Assembly: GCA_038496445.1 (NCBI GenBank)
Contig: JALMLS010000420.1
Location: 558,001 to 622,000, forward strand
Source of the DNA: Trichosphaerium sp. ATCC 40318
Taxonomy: Eukaryota > Protista > Tubulinea
Direction: 5' to 3'
Length of the DNA: 64,000 bases
A model generated the notes under the pieces. The model was given only the letters and a program-made list of their open reading frames with translations. It ran no database searches and was not told the DNA's origin. Of the stretch, positions 49,279-61,536 are shown in pieces (position 1 is the first letter of the stretch; each line of letters opens with the position of its first letter). The position numbers and the translations under genes were made by a program.

Positions 49279-52200
49279 ATGTCTGATGCAGACGTCCCTA
49301 TTCTCAGTGGTAGCCAGAATTCGGCGCCAACTACTGAAGAAAGCGGTGATATTGAAATGCAAGTGAGAACACTCGAATCCAAAACGTCAAAAAAACGAAA
49401 TAAGAAAAAGTCTGAACAAAACGCTCCAATACACACTGTAAACGCATCAACAAGTGATGATGATGAAAAAGAAACAATAGACGTAAACGTAAGACTCAGT
49501 TTTGATTGTATTTCTTTATTTGTTCAAAGCTCCCCTTATTGGTGCCAAAGCAACACCACGAAAACATATTAACGCGTGATACACGTGTGATTCGTTTATT
49601 AGTCATAAGAGATTTTTTCGGCCACAAAACTAATAAAACGCCTAGGGTGATACTATTGTGCAAATAAACGAGGATTACTTATCATTAACTGGCGCTGGAG
49701 TAGCCATAGACAATATAAGCTATGATTCTGTCCATTCTGTTTCAGGTGATGATTGTATTGCTTAGTACTAGGCGCTAATTCACATTTAGGCGGTTTTTGT
49801 ACAAAAGGGATTGTTAGAAGAAGGTACGACGAAGATTTTTGCATTTTTTTCTTCCGTTTCTCAAAGTTCGTGGGAATTGAACTCCACTTGCGTTGACTAG
49901 CTTGATTTTTCGTCTGTTACCTCTAAAATATTTGTGTGTAATATGATCATTGTGTTACGATGCAACAGAAGGGAGTATCAAGCTCTACAAGCATGGTTTT
50001 CCGTCGAAAACATTTTTGGTCTTAGTCACGTTTTATGAAAATTAACTTATTGAGATTAGTACACTTCGTAATGTCACTATGGTACTTCAAGTAGGAGAAA
50101 TGACAGCTTTGCTTGGAGGTCCTAAGAGTGGAAAAACTAGTTTGTTCGACATAATCGCTAATACTCGTCCTCAAGACACTACAGGTTTTCTAACAATACT
50201 TGGTGTGATTGTAGCTGATTTCATTAGGTGATGTACGCATTTACAACCCAACACCTCAATCTCAGAACCAGCATCGTGCATTCTCTTATGCACCACAAGG
50301 AAATCACCATAGACCCTTCCTTACAGTAAGAGAGACGCTGACGTTTGCTGCAACTTTGCAGGGTATTCCTCACGGTACCGTGAAGAGTTTGTTACGTGAT
50401 ACTGAGACTTGTACTAGATAAGGTTTCGACAACTGTTAAGTCTATTATGCAGATGCTACGTATTGATCATGCAGCTGATACTATTATCGGTGATGATTTC
50501 TATCGTGGTGTATCAGGTGGTGAGAAAAGACGTGTTACTATTGGTGTTGCACTTGCAAAAGAGCCTAATTTTTTCATGTTTGATGAACCTACAACTGGTA
50601 CCTTGCTTTTAGCATCTTTTATACTAATAGGTTATGTCTTACTTACTCGCTTTTTCAAGGACTTGATGCAGCTGTAGCATATGAGCTTTCAGGATGTCTA
50701 AGAAGTTTGAGTTCAGATCAAGGAACGCCAATATTATGCACATTATTGCAACCTAGTCAACAAGTTCTGAAGCTATATGACAACTTGGTCATTCTCTCTG
50801 AAGTATGTCTTATACTGTATTTACTGTAAATGTGGTGATAATATATCTAAATTCTTTTATAGGGCGAGGTGGCTTACTGGGGTCCTGTTTCGGAGGCCAT
50901 ACAATATTTCCAACAATTAGGATACAACCGTCCAGCTGAATACAACGATGCTGAGTTCTTGTCTCAAGTTACTGATCATCCAGAGTTATTCGCAGATACC
51001 TCACCAACTGGTAAAGTTGGTGCAAGGAATAGAGAGGACTTTGTTAATGCCTATGATAGTAGCAAACTGAAAAAAAAGATGGTGAGTCACGGTTGTCGGC
51101 TTATTCTTTTTGAGTATATGTTTTTCTTGCTACTAACTTGTGTTGTAGCACAAGAGAAAAAAAAAGGTTAAAGAGCAAGCTAAAGATTCTAATGCCAGAG
51201 CTCATACTGAGAAGTATCCAGCATCTTATTTTACTCAGTATAAAATGCTTGTTTGGCGACGTATGAAAGAACTTATGTTAGATTGGATCAATGCTTCTCT
51301 TATGTTTGCATGTTACTTGGGTTAGTTTTTTAACAAGAGCTATCTAAAAAATGTTGTTAATCTTTTGTTTTAGGTATTGGTTTGTTCCTTGGTTTCTTCT
51401 TTTGGGATATCGGAACAGAACAAGCAGATATAGAAGTCAGGTAGTAAATTAACAAAAAACGTGATACTTGTTCTATGTTCTTACTTTGAAAGGTTCTCTG
51501 CATTCTTAATATTACTACTGATGGCAACATTCGTAACTGTAGCTTTTCATGATCCCATATTGCAGTACAGACCGTTGTTTTACTATGAGCGGAAACAGAG
51601 GTACAAAATCGTACTCATTTTGGATCAAAATCGCTAACTTTTTTAAAGGATGTATGGTGTTATCCCGTTCTACCTTAGCGAGTTTACATATCAAGCGTTA
51701 CTTACCCTTTTGGACTCATTTTTAATGTCATGTCCTTTTTATTGGTTATCTGGGTTACAACGTGATGTAGGACGCTTCTTCTTTTTCTACTTATTGATAT
51801 TTACATACCGTCTTGGTATTGGAGGTACTTACTCCTACAAAAGGACTTATACGCTTTATTAATACGTATAGCGACTCTAAAGGGTGTTATATACACTGTA
51901 GAGAAGGAAATATCTATACTCTTGTTTGCTGTAAGTGTCTAGCTTGTTTTTCCCACAACTGTCACTTTTTGATGTGTTTGTTAATATCCTATTTTTGTAG
52001 ATGTGGATTTGGCCTGTGATGATGTTATTCGGTGGTTACCTTATCAATGAGGGCGCTGCCCCTGACTGGATCAACTGGGTCTTCTGGCTAAACCCTTGGT
52101 GAGTACTGAAGTTATCAATAAGTCACTAAATGTATTCACTGTTAAGGTTCTATGCACATGGTGCACTATCTATCAATGAATTTTCTGGCTTAACGTTGAC

Positions 52201-55032
52201 TTGTGCAAGTGATGAGTTCATACCACCAAGTACAGTACCGCTTTTTAACGCAACTGCTGCTCAAGGTATAAACAGTTTTATTTTTACTTATAAATTAACA
52301 CATTATCACAGGTGGATTTGAAGGCAATCAGTTATGTCCTTTTACAACAGGAGAACAAGTTCTTATCACGAAGAATATTGAAACTGAGGACAAGTATGTT
52401 TAGACTGCAGTTTTCTGTTGTATACAACCAAACTCACGTGCTTACTCTCTAAGGTATAAGTGGTACTGGTATGCTGCAGTATTAGGATATAGCTTGCTGT
52501 ATAATGCTATAGTATACTTCATCATGAGGTTCTGGAAGGCTGAGAAGCATCATAAGCCTAAATTCGATCGTACAACAAAATACTATCATGCCGTTTATCT
52601 AAACTTTGGTTAGAGGAACTAGCACTTGAGAGAATTACAACCCAAGACACCATTGGAGGTGAATTATTCGATATTGATGGCGCTGCGTTATCTTGGACTT
52701 CTACGTCCTTGAAGATTCCTTCAGGAAGCAGAAAACTTATCATTGATGATGTCAGCGGTTACGTGAAGCCAGGCATGGTATTGGCACTCATGGTACTGTT
52801 GTTACAACAATTGTTACTTGAGCTAATTATTGTTAGGGTCCTTCTGGTGCTGGAAAGTCAACTATCATGGATATTTTAACTGAGCGTAAGACTTACGGTA
52901 AGATCTATGGAGACATTGAAGTAAACAGCGCTGGCAAGCCTCCAAATTTCAAACAAATTATTGGATATGTCGAGCAAGCTGACTTTGTATTTGAGAATCA
53001 AACAGTACGTTTATATCTCTGTGTGTTCATGAAAGATGATTATTTAATAATTTTATAGATTCTTGAGGCAGTACAGTTCTCTGCTCAAACTCGTCTTCCT
53101 GAGGATATGAGCGAAAAAGAGCGTGATAAGATTATTGATCAAGTTATGAGTTTATTGGAATTGACAAAGATTTCTGGTCAAGTTGTTGGTCATGAAGGTT
53201 CAGGATTGAGTAAAGAGGAGCTCAAACGAGTTGCTATTGCTGTAGAACTTGTGACAATGCCTAAAATCTTATTTGTTGATGAGCCAACATCAGGTACTGT
53301 TTTCGGAGTTTTTTCTTGTTTTAGCTTTGCTAATCTAATCTTGAATTAGGTCTTGACTCTTTTGGTGCTGAGCTTGTTATGAACGCAATATCGCGTATTG
53401 CCCAGAGCGGTTGTGCTGTAATTTGTGTCATTCATCAACCTTCAAGACGCATTTTTGAGCTGTGTACTGATATGTTACTCCTTAACCGTTGGGGAAAACA
53501 GATGTTCTTTGGAAAGATTGGAAATCGATCCAAACGTGTTATCAAGTACTTTAAAAACCTTGGATTCAACGTACGTCTTAACACGTGTATGATTAAGTGA
53601 GTTAAATATTACTTAAGTTTGGTAAAGACGAAAATCCAGCAGATGTTGTTTTAAACATTGCATCTGATATATACGCTGCTGAAAATGATACAGATTGTGT
53701 AGCAGAGTTTAAGCAATCGAAGGAGAGAAAAGATATGATTACAACGATTGGTGAGATCAAAAACGAGTTTCAACCTCTTCCTACAAATGTTCCTTGGTTT
53801 AAGTCAGGTTTTTGGCGCCAGCTTAAGGTACATGCCTTACACCGTTATCAATAGTAGTGTTGACAATCGCTTAGGCTTGTACCAAAAGATGGTGGCTTGC
53901 TCAAGCACGTGCCGGACATGAATTGTGGCTTGATTTTGCTCGATCAGTATCTCTAGGTATGCGATTAAAAGTCCTTTTTTCTCTTTGTTTAACACTTTTA
54001 CTCAGGTATACTTATTGGTTTTATGTTTCTTAACATGGAAAGCAATCAAGCTGGTATACTACAACGCCTTACAGTACTCTTCTTCGCTATATTTTATGGT
54101 AACATTAAAGCGTAAGTCAAACTCAGGGACTTATTTCTTTTTTTAATCTATGATATAGTTACTCTGCTATGCCGCGTATATTTGAAGCTCGTCGTGTTTA
54201 TTATCATGAACGTCGGAGTGAACAATATAATGTATTTGCTTTTACCCTAGCCATCCTTTTAACGGATCTTCCGTTAATCTTGTCTGAAACCTTCATATTT
54301 TTTTCAATACCTTATATACTCGCTGGATTGGGTGAAACTGCTGGAGATTACTTTTTCTTCCTACTTTGTGTAGTAGTGTATACATTGGCCTTATTTAATT
54401 TTGCACGCATGCTCGGTACGTCCAAAACAAGGAAAAAAAAAACCAAGTCAGGATTTTTTCTTATTTTTTTCTTGTCTTATTTATCTTATTATGGCTTTAT
54501 TCACTTACACATTACGTTTTTAGGGTTTGCGATGCCTACTAACCAACTTGCCAATATTTTCTTTGCTGCTATGTTTACAGGATTTGCTTGTGTTTCTGGA
54601 ATCTTTATTCCTTATGATGACCAACGTGTTTGGTTCTCTTGGATGTACTGGATATCATTCATTAGATACGGTTTTGAACCACTTGTTATAAACGAAATGC
54701 AAGGTCAAACATTCACATGTGATGCAAATGAATGTACGTAAACGTTTTATTGAATCAAAGCCAAAATATTTTTTATCTTGATCGTGGCTTGATCCTCTGG
54801 CTTGTTTATTAATGTTGCTTTAGTCTTTCAGCTTAACTTCACATCAACTGTTGATAATTCAAGTGTCTCACGATTGATTTGTCCTTTCACTAGTGGTGAT
54901 GATGTTATAGAGTTTTATGACTTTGATAAAGATCTTTTATGGGTTGGTGTTGCTGCAAATCTTGCTTTCTTTGTAGTATACTTTACAGGTGGAAGTATAC
55001 TCCTAAGATATGTTGATTGGACAAGAAGATAA
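49279..55032 (+). CDS. Full-size ABCG (PDR-type) transporter, NBD-TMD-NBD-TMD
   Basis: GGPKSGKT, VSGGEKRRVTIG, FDEPTTGLD; second NBD GPSGAGKST, GYVEQ, ELKRVAIAVEL, DEPTSGLD, IHQPS; ABC2-type TMDs. Confidence 0.95.
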
Positions 55033-55528
55033 AGAACAGCAAAGAATAAATAAAATGCATTCAGCCACTCACTGTGACAACATTGTTTTTGTTGTTTATA
55101 GATGTTAACAATCTGCTGAAACCATTCTGGTTGACGACCCTCTAACCAAGTACCATGAAATGGTGCCTTGCAGCGAGCTGTTGGTGGTGATGAGAAAAGC
55201 TCAGTTGAAAGACAATTTTTTGCATCTATTTCATGTACCAATAAGACTTTTTGTACACTCTTACGTGTAGCCAAAAAGACGTTTGCCAGGTGAAAACGCA
55301 TACATAATTAACTGTCGGTTCCTCTTTTATGGAATGTGGTTTGAGCACGTGCGCCAATGTTCGGTATTCTGCAAAGTACTTTGTATTATACTACAATATT
55401 ACATATTATTGAAATAAAGTTGACTTTTTAGCCTTTGCCCGTTTTGTAATAGAAAGGTAGATGTCATTTTCCAGAGGTTACGACGTCTTCCTTCTCAACA
55501 GTGGATTTATTATGGTCTGAGATTAGTT

Positions 55529-56884
55529 ATGTTCAAAAACAAGAAAGTTCGCTTGGTTATAGCTACTATTGCCTTTCTGGTCCTTTTACAAGTCATTGAA
55601 ATGCATTTGGGAGGGCCAGGAGCGTTTATGATGGATAGCATACAAACGAGCCGTGTACGGCCTAAAGGGGATATCCTTATCGTTGTGATTACAACTAAAA
55701 AGTACGCAATGCGTCTGCAAGTGTTTCAAGCGTAAAAGACGAACGTCTAACGGTTTTTTTTAAATCAAGCTTCATCGAGCGTAGATTTAGTACTATTGCA
55801 AAGACTTGGTATCGTACATGGCCTGATGGAGATGCTGTGTTCATCGGGTATGAAGAAAGGTTTTTTTCGAACAAAAGAAAATACACGTTTCACGTGACAA
55901 AATATGACTTTTTATTAGTGACGGTCCTGTTAAAATACAAGGTATAGGTGATAACTATGTAGTCGTACATGATGGTCCTAAGAAGTGGTACGTCAGTTTT
56001 GTATGTGATAAGGTACAAGCTCACTTTTTTTCTGAGAACTAGTTCTGCACTAAAAATCGACCTTTGTTGCAAATTAGTTGGTATTTACAATGAGTTTGAA
56101 ACGAATCCGAGATTCGCTAAATAGTATGTAAAATGTGAATACTTCGATCTCTTGGAGCATCTACTTTTCGTCTGTTGTAAAAGCAACTTACACTTATGTT
56201 TAGTAATTGGATCTCACGCATTGTTGATGACACTTGGATCCATACTGAAAATATACAAGACTTCTTAGCGTCAAAAGATCCAAAGGAAAAACACTGGATA
56301 GGTTAGTATCATAGAAGCTCAGGGTTTTCAGTAATTTTGTTTGTAGGTAAAGTAAATTATTTTATTAAAGATGCTGGCGGATTTGAATCAGTGACGCCTC
56401 CACTTACCGATCATGGAACATACTTTGATGGAGGTGCAGGTAATCCATAAATGTCTATATAAACCTTTTATGTATACTAATTATAAAATAAGGCTGGATA
56501 GCCAGTAGAGCGAGTATCGTTGAGTTCAATAAAAACAAAAATACATTTATAAACTTTTGCAAAAAGCATTCCTTTGATGATGTTGCAATAGGTGCGTACC
56601 ACTCTGTACGAATTATAGATTTACTGATTATACACTTAAAAGGAGAGTACCTCACAGCTATGAAATCAAACGTAACTGACCTGGGTATGATGTCAAAGAA
56701 GCCTGGCGAAAGAGCCTTTAACATGTTGGAGTTTACTACAGAACTTTACGATAACAAAAACTCGTACTGCAAGGTAAGAAAGATACCAATGCAGTATCAT
56801 GTAAAAATACAGTATATGGAAGATTATGATAAAATATTACGTAACAAAAAATACGATAAGTACTGCGCTTTGCGTGGCTTGTAA
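55529..56884 (+). CDS. Type II membrane glycosyltransferase, GT31/Fringe-like
   Basis: N-terminal TM RLVIATIAFLVLL; VVITTKK; VDDDTWIHTENIQDFL; YFDGGAGW; FDDVAIG. Confidence 0.72.
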
Positions 56885-58525
56885 AAACAAAGAAAAAAAA
56901 AGATTCAAAAAAAAAAGGAAAAAAATAAAATACTTTATTTGCTCTAAGCCAGTCTAAACTACCAGACTCATATTACACCATAGTCATCACTTAAAGCACA
57001 TTTATCAACTTAAACCAGTACGAGAAATGGTGACATTGCTTGAAAACAGTTGATTGTCGGACTTTGTAACGACAAGAACAGTCATCATACAATGGTATTC
57101 TACAAGTAAAGTGTTTTTTCACCTTCTTATTCCGTAGGTTGCGGCCAAAAAAAGTAGAATTTTTGTAGTTTTTTTGTAGAAACCCGCAACTTAGACGCTA
57201 TCGGATACTGCTTAATTGTTTTCTGTCTTTATTGAACGCAACAACATCTGATGATCACCACGAAAGCGACATTAGTATTAATAGTTGTTTTAAGCATAAT
57301 CCAGCAAGCACAGTGTCTAAGTACGCCATAATACGAAAACAAACGGAAAGAGTTAACAACACAAAATCCTTACACACTGTAGCAAACGGAGATACAGCAT
57401 ACGCATTTTTCAAACAACGCAGTAGTAGTGTTAACAACTTTGAAGAAATTGCATTCACTACAGGAGGTAATGGGACTCTACCATACATAGATGTAGGCGG
57501 AGTAAGTTGGCAACATGATCATAAAAATATCCTAACTGTTTTGCTAGTCTTCACTGTCTTAGGAGGCCGGCTTAACTGCCCGGTGAATGCAGCTTCTCTT
57601 CAGCACATCTTTTATTTTACACCTTTAGGTTATCTCTACACTCTCCAGAGCCCTTTACGCCCATGACGGGCCCAAAGCACTCCTGCGCACACAGTTTAAT
57701 GCTATAGCTCTGTTTGACATGCTAAAGTACTTTTAGTCACACCCCTGGCCTTTCTTTTGTATTTTGTTGGTAATCTGATTTAATTCTCTATTCTGCTTTT
57801 ACACGCTAAAATCAACTACACTAACTCGATTTTACCTTTCTCACCGCTTTTTAGCAACAAACTAACTTCCTAATGGAACACCTCGCTATTTCTACATCTA
57901 CGGCCATTGAACATGCTTGTAACTCAAACATTATTAGCAGGTAATGAAACTAGATGCCAATGAAGATAGCAAGGTCAGATTTTTTTATGAATTTTTTTTT
58001 TTTTTTTTTTGGTACACTTCCTTTTCGTATAATCACGTGTGCAATGAATATGTTTCCACAAGTGTAGATAGCTTTGCTATGAGGAACATTTCTTTTTTAG
58101 CTGGGACTGGACCATTTCTATATGCACTTGAGCAATACAGTAATTAAACGGATAGCAACAAATTGTCCATGAAAACGTTAACCTCAAAACCATAATCAAA
58201 TTGCTGACCATTAATAGAACATACGCATATGCCGGACGACAAGGTTGGTTAAAAAAAAAAATGGGCAAAAGAAAAGATATTGGTATGTAAACTTTTGGAG
58301 ATTTATTTTTACTTTAGTTTTATTTTCATCTGTACGATTGGTTCTGTTCCATGACATGATGTCCTCCTGTAACTTTCTGTACACGCATGTCAATCTGTAA
58401 GTCGTCTTCCATGTAAACCCCCCTATATGTAATAAAGTAGGCGCTAGCGCGCTGCCTCTTGTTCTAAAAAAAAAAAAGTCTTCACTGTCTTATTTCATTA
58501 TTACACAACTTTCATTTTCAATTAC

Positions 58526-59295
58526 CGAAACACAAGTAACCATCACCTTTTCAGACGCAGCGTCGGGGTGTATAGCTCAAATGGGAAGTTCTTGCCCTTT
58601 CTCAGCACAAACAGTTGGTGCAACATTTGTTACGCCACAATCTACAATGCTATCAAGTACGAAAACTTTAAAACCAAAATCACCAATCAATCGAAATATG
58701 CTTATGTGAACTTCCAGACATGACATTGGTAACAAACACATGGATAGCAGATCCAAGTATAGTATTCGATGACACTTCTTTTACGTATGCCAGTGATATT
58801 AAATGTAGTTCTAATATCAATAGGATAACCATCCCAGGTGCGTCCTACACAACTGCAAAAACATGGAGGGTTGTATATGAAGTCACGTCAGTGCCTACAC
58901 TAGCACCTTCAACAGCATCGCCAACAACCACACCTCCTACAACGATAGCACCAACTGCAATACCCTCGACAACACCGCCAACAACATTACCTACAACGAT
59001 ACCTCCTCCCGCAGCAGCACCTTCAACAGTGTCACCAAGTGTACCCACAACCACATTACCAGCGGCTATAATGCCTACCATGGCAACATCTGTTTCGCCT
59101 ACAATCGCCACACCTACTACAGAAACGCCTACAGTACCCACAACAAGCGCTCCAAACTCAATTTCTTCAACAGCTCCTGTTGATTCACCCACAACAAACT
59201 CACCAAGTGAAACATCAGCATTGTCGGCATCTTTTCACATGTACAGTTTCATTTACACGCTATTGCCAATCGCAATATCAATAATTGTGATTTAA
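58526..59295 (+). CDS. 3' part of a cell-surface protein with a Thr/Pro/Ser-rich mucin-like stalk and hydrophobic (GPI-signal-like) C-terminus; 5' exons unresolved
   Basis: ORF 58720-59295 with PTTTPPTT-type repeats ending YSFIYTLLPIAISIIVI*. Confidence 0.65.
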
Positions 59296-60104
59296 TGCAT
59301 AAAGTGTTTCGGATAATTGTAAGTAGGCGAGAAATTAAAAAATACACTTGTACAATAAATATAATTCCAACAGGAAATCAGTTCCATTGAAATATGAGTG
59401 TGAGTAATGTAAAGAGGTACCTACCTGGCCAGGATTGTCTTTACTTGTTAAATAATAAACGGTGTAACTCTTGTTTGAGGTTTAAATTATGTTTATTAAG
59501 TTATTCAAGTTACAAGCTTTTATGTTCACCCGGGGGCCGCAAAGGCCGCAAGTTCACCTGGGATACAAGGGCCGCAAGGTGGAGGGTCTTGATGACATGA
59601 TCATCATCAAGGACAGTAAGGTTCACTGAAGTGACTTCCTTACAGTACTGTGATTATTTGTGGCTGTACTAAGGGAAGAACTTGCAACAAAATAGGCAAG
59701 CTGGTATTTCGAGAAATGTAATAAAAACAGCTCTTCATATTTTTATCACAAGTCATACCTTACCAAAAGAACCTGATTAAACCTGGAGACCCATTCAGGA
59801 GATTCTGATAACTCTCAAACACATGATTCTTCCAGAAACAAAAGGGATTTCAAGTACTGAACTTCTTAGAAATGTTGTCATTTTTTTTTCATTCAAAACG
59901 AACTGAAACAAAACAGTATTCTTTAAACTTTAATTCACTTTGGCAACGAAATGCAAAATAACCACGTGACAAAACCAGTAATGGCTAAAATTAACAAGGA
60001 AATGCAAACTATTTTTTCAAGCAACAAGTGTCATAACAACAAACTACTTTCTTACATGCTATTGTTTATGTTGACGCTCTGTACATTCTATTGAGATCCC
60101 ATTA

Positions 60105-61403
60105 TTAACTACTGTCGGGAGGAAGGCTCTTACAATTGCCACCAGACCCACAATCGCAATAAAAACTAGAAAACAGTCTTAGGAACAAGTAACAAAAATC
60201 AAATTAAAGTAAAACCCAAGACGTACTTGGTTGTCATCGGAGCTGACAAAGAATGACCTTTATGACAACTCAATGCACATCCTTCACAACAACCTTCGGT
60301 GTCCATTAAACCACAAGTAAAGCAATGAAACCTAAACAAAGGCTGTCAACAATACTGCTCCACAAATCCAAAAAAAAGTTTCAAACGTTTACCATTTCTG
60401 AACCGCAAACACTTTTCCAGTAACTGAGTATGTGCATGTCTTATTTTCTACAGCTTGTTTTATTCTATCTTGCACACTAGACTTATTTTCTACGCAATCA
60501 TATTAGACAAATTGGATGTCCAAACATGCGTACCCATCATTGCAGTTCCAGTCAAACTCTCGACTACTGCTGCAAGTTGCTGCTCTCCCAAAGGTTCATC
60601 AGCTGTTGGATCGTCCATATGATCAAATATCCACTGCAAGGCGAGTTGTGTATTCAATCTGAACTGTGTTAGTGTCCAATAAGTCGAAGTACTTCAAATC
60701 AACTAGAATTACACTTACTGGTTAAGCAAAAGTGCTTTTTTAGCACGCTCGATTGGAAATCCCATTTCTACTATCTGTCTAAGGTTTTCCTCGACTTGTG
60801 GGAATATCTGGGCGAACTACGGAGATGTGAATAAAATTGAATAGAGTACATTTGAAGTTGTAGAGAAACTCAGTTGTATCTAATTTCAGGTTTCAAGCGT
60901 TCGTACCAGTGCGCTGTGGTCAACTGGGCCTGGTGCTTGTGCTGGAGGAGTAGAATTCGTTGGTTCGCTAGTTATTGGTGTATCGATACTCATAGGCACC
61001 TGCAGATGGGTTTAATACGCGATAAAAAACTTTTAACGTGTCGTACGGGTGTTGGTTCCTTCACAGGCTTCCTCGCATTCAACTATACGTGGTGAGCGAC
61101 TACAATTTCAAGGTTGTTAACGTACATTGTAAATAACAAACAATTCATCGCTGTCTTGTAAATGGGCAACAGATGCGTCGTTTTGGAGTACAGCGCCCTG
61201 GTAAATTATTTTGGCGTCATCTGGGACATAAAGCCCTAATTCCTTGCGCATTAGCGCTACTATATGCTCTTTCGTTTGCTTTGCCTGTCTTTGTTAATAG
61301 TAACGTTTTAAAACAAACCATGTACATTTGCTTGAGCATTTATGTTAGTAAATATCCTCCTCGTTCGCGGAGAGCGAACAGCAACTTTAACTGTGGACTG
61401 CAT
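60105..61403 (-). CDS. UBL-UBA-UBR-box zinc finger protein
   Basis: UBL-like KIIYQGAVLQNDASVAHLQDSDELFV; UBA LRQIVEMGFPIERAKKALLLN..LALQWIFDH; UBR-box CTYSVTG...FHCFTC..GCCEGCALSCHKGH...FYCDCG. Confidence 0.82.
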
Positions 61404-61536
61404 TTCAACAAACTGATAATTGGTTAAGCGCTGAGAATTTAAGACTTTCAACTTGACAAGTCGCAAATACGCACCGCTGGGTGACATTACGCATTGAAAC
61501 GACTTTGTACAATAAAATACTCACAACCAACGTGCT

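Noticed and set aside
57232-57666. 144-aa ORF and its opposite-strand ORF
   Set aside because: No recognisable motif or consistent exon model
58845-59192. Gly/Val-rich minus-strand ORF
   Set aside because: Antisense shadow of the Thr/Pro-rich mucin-like exon
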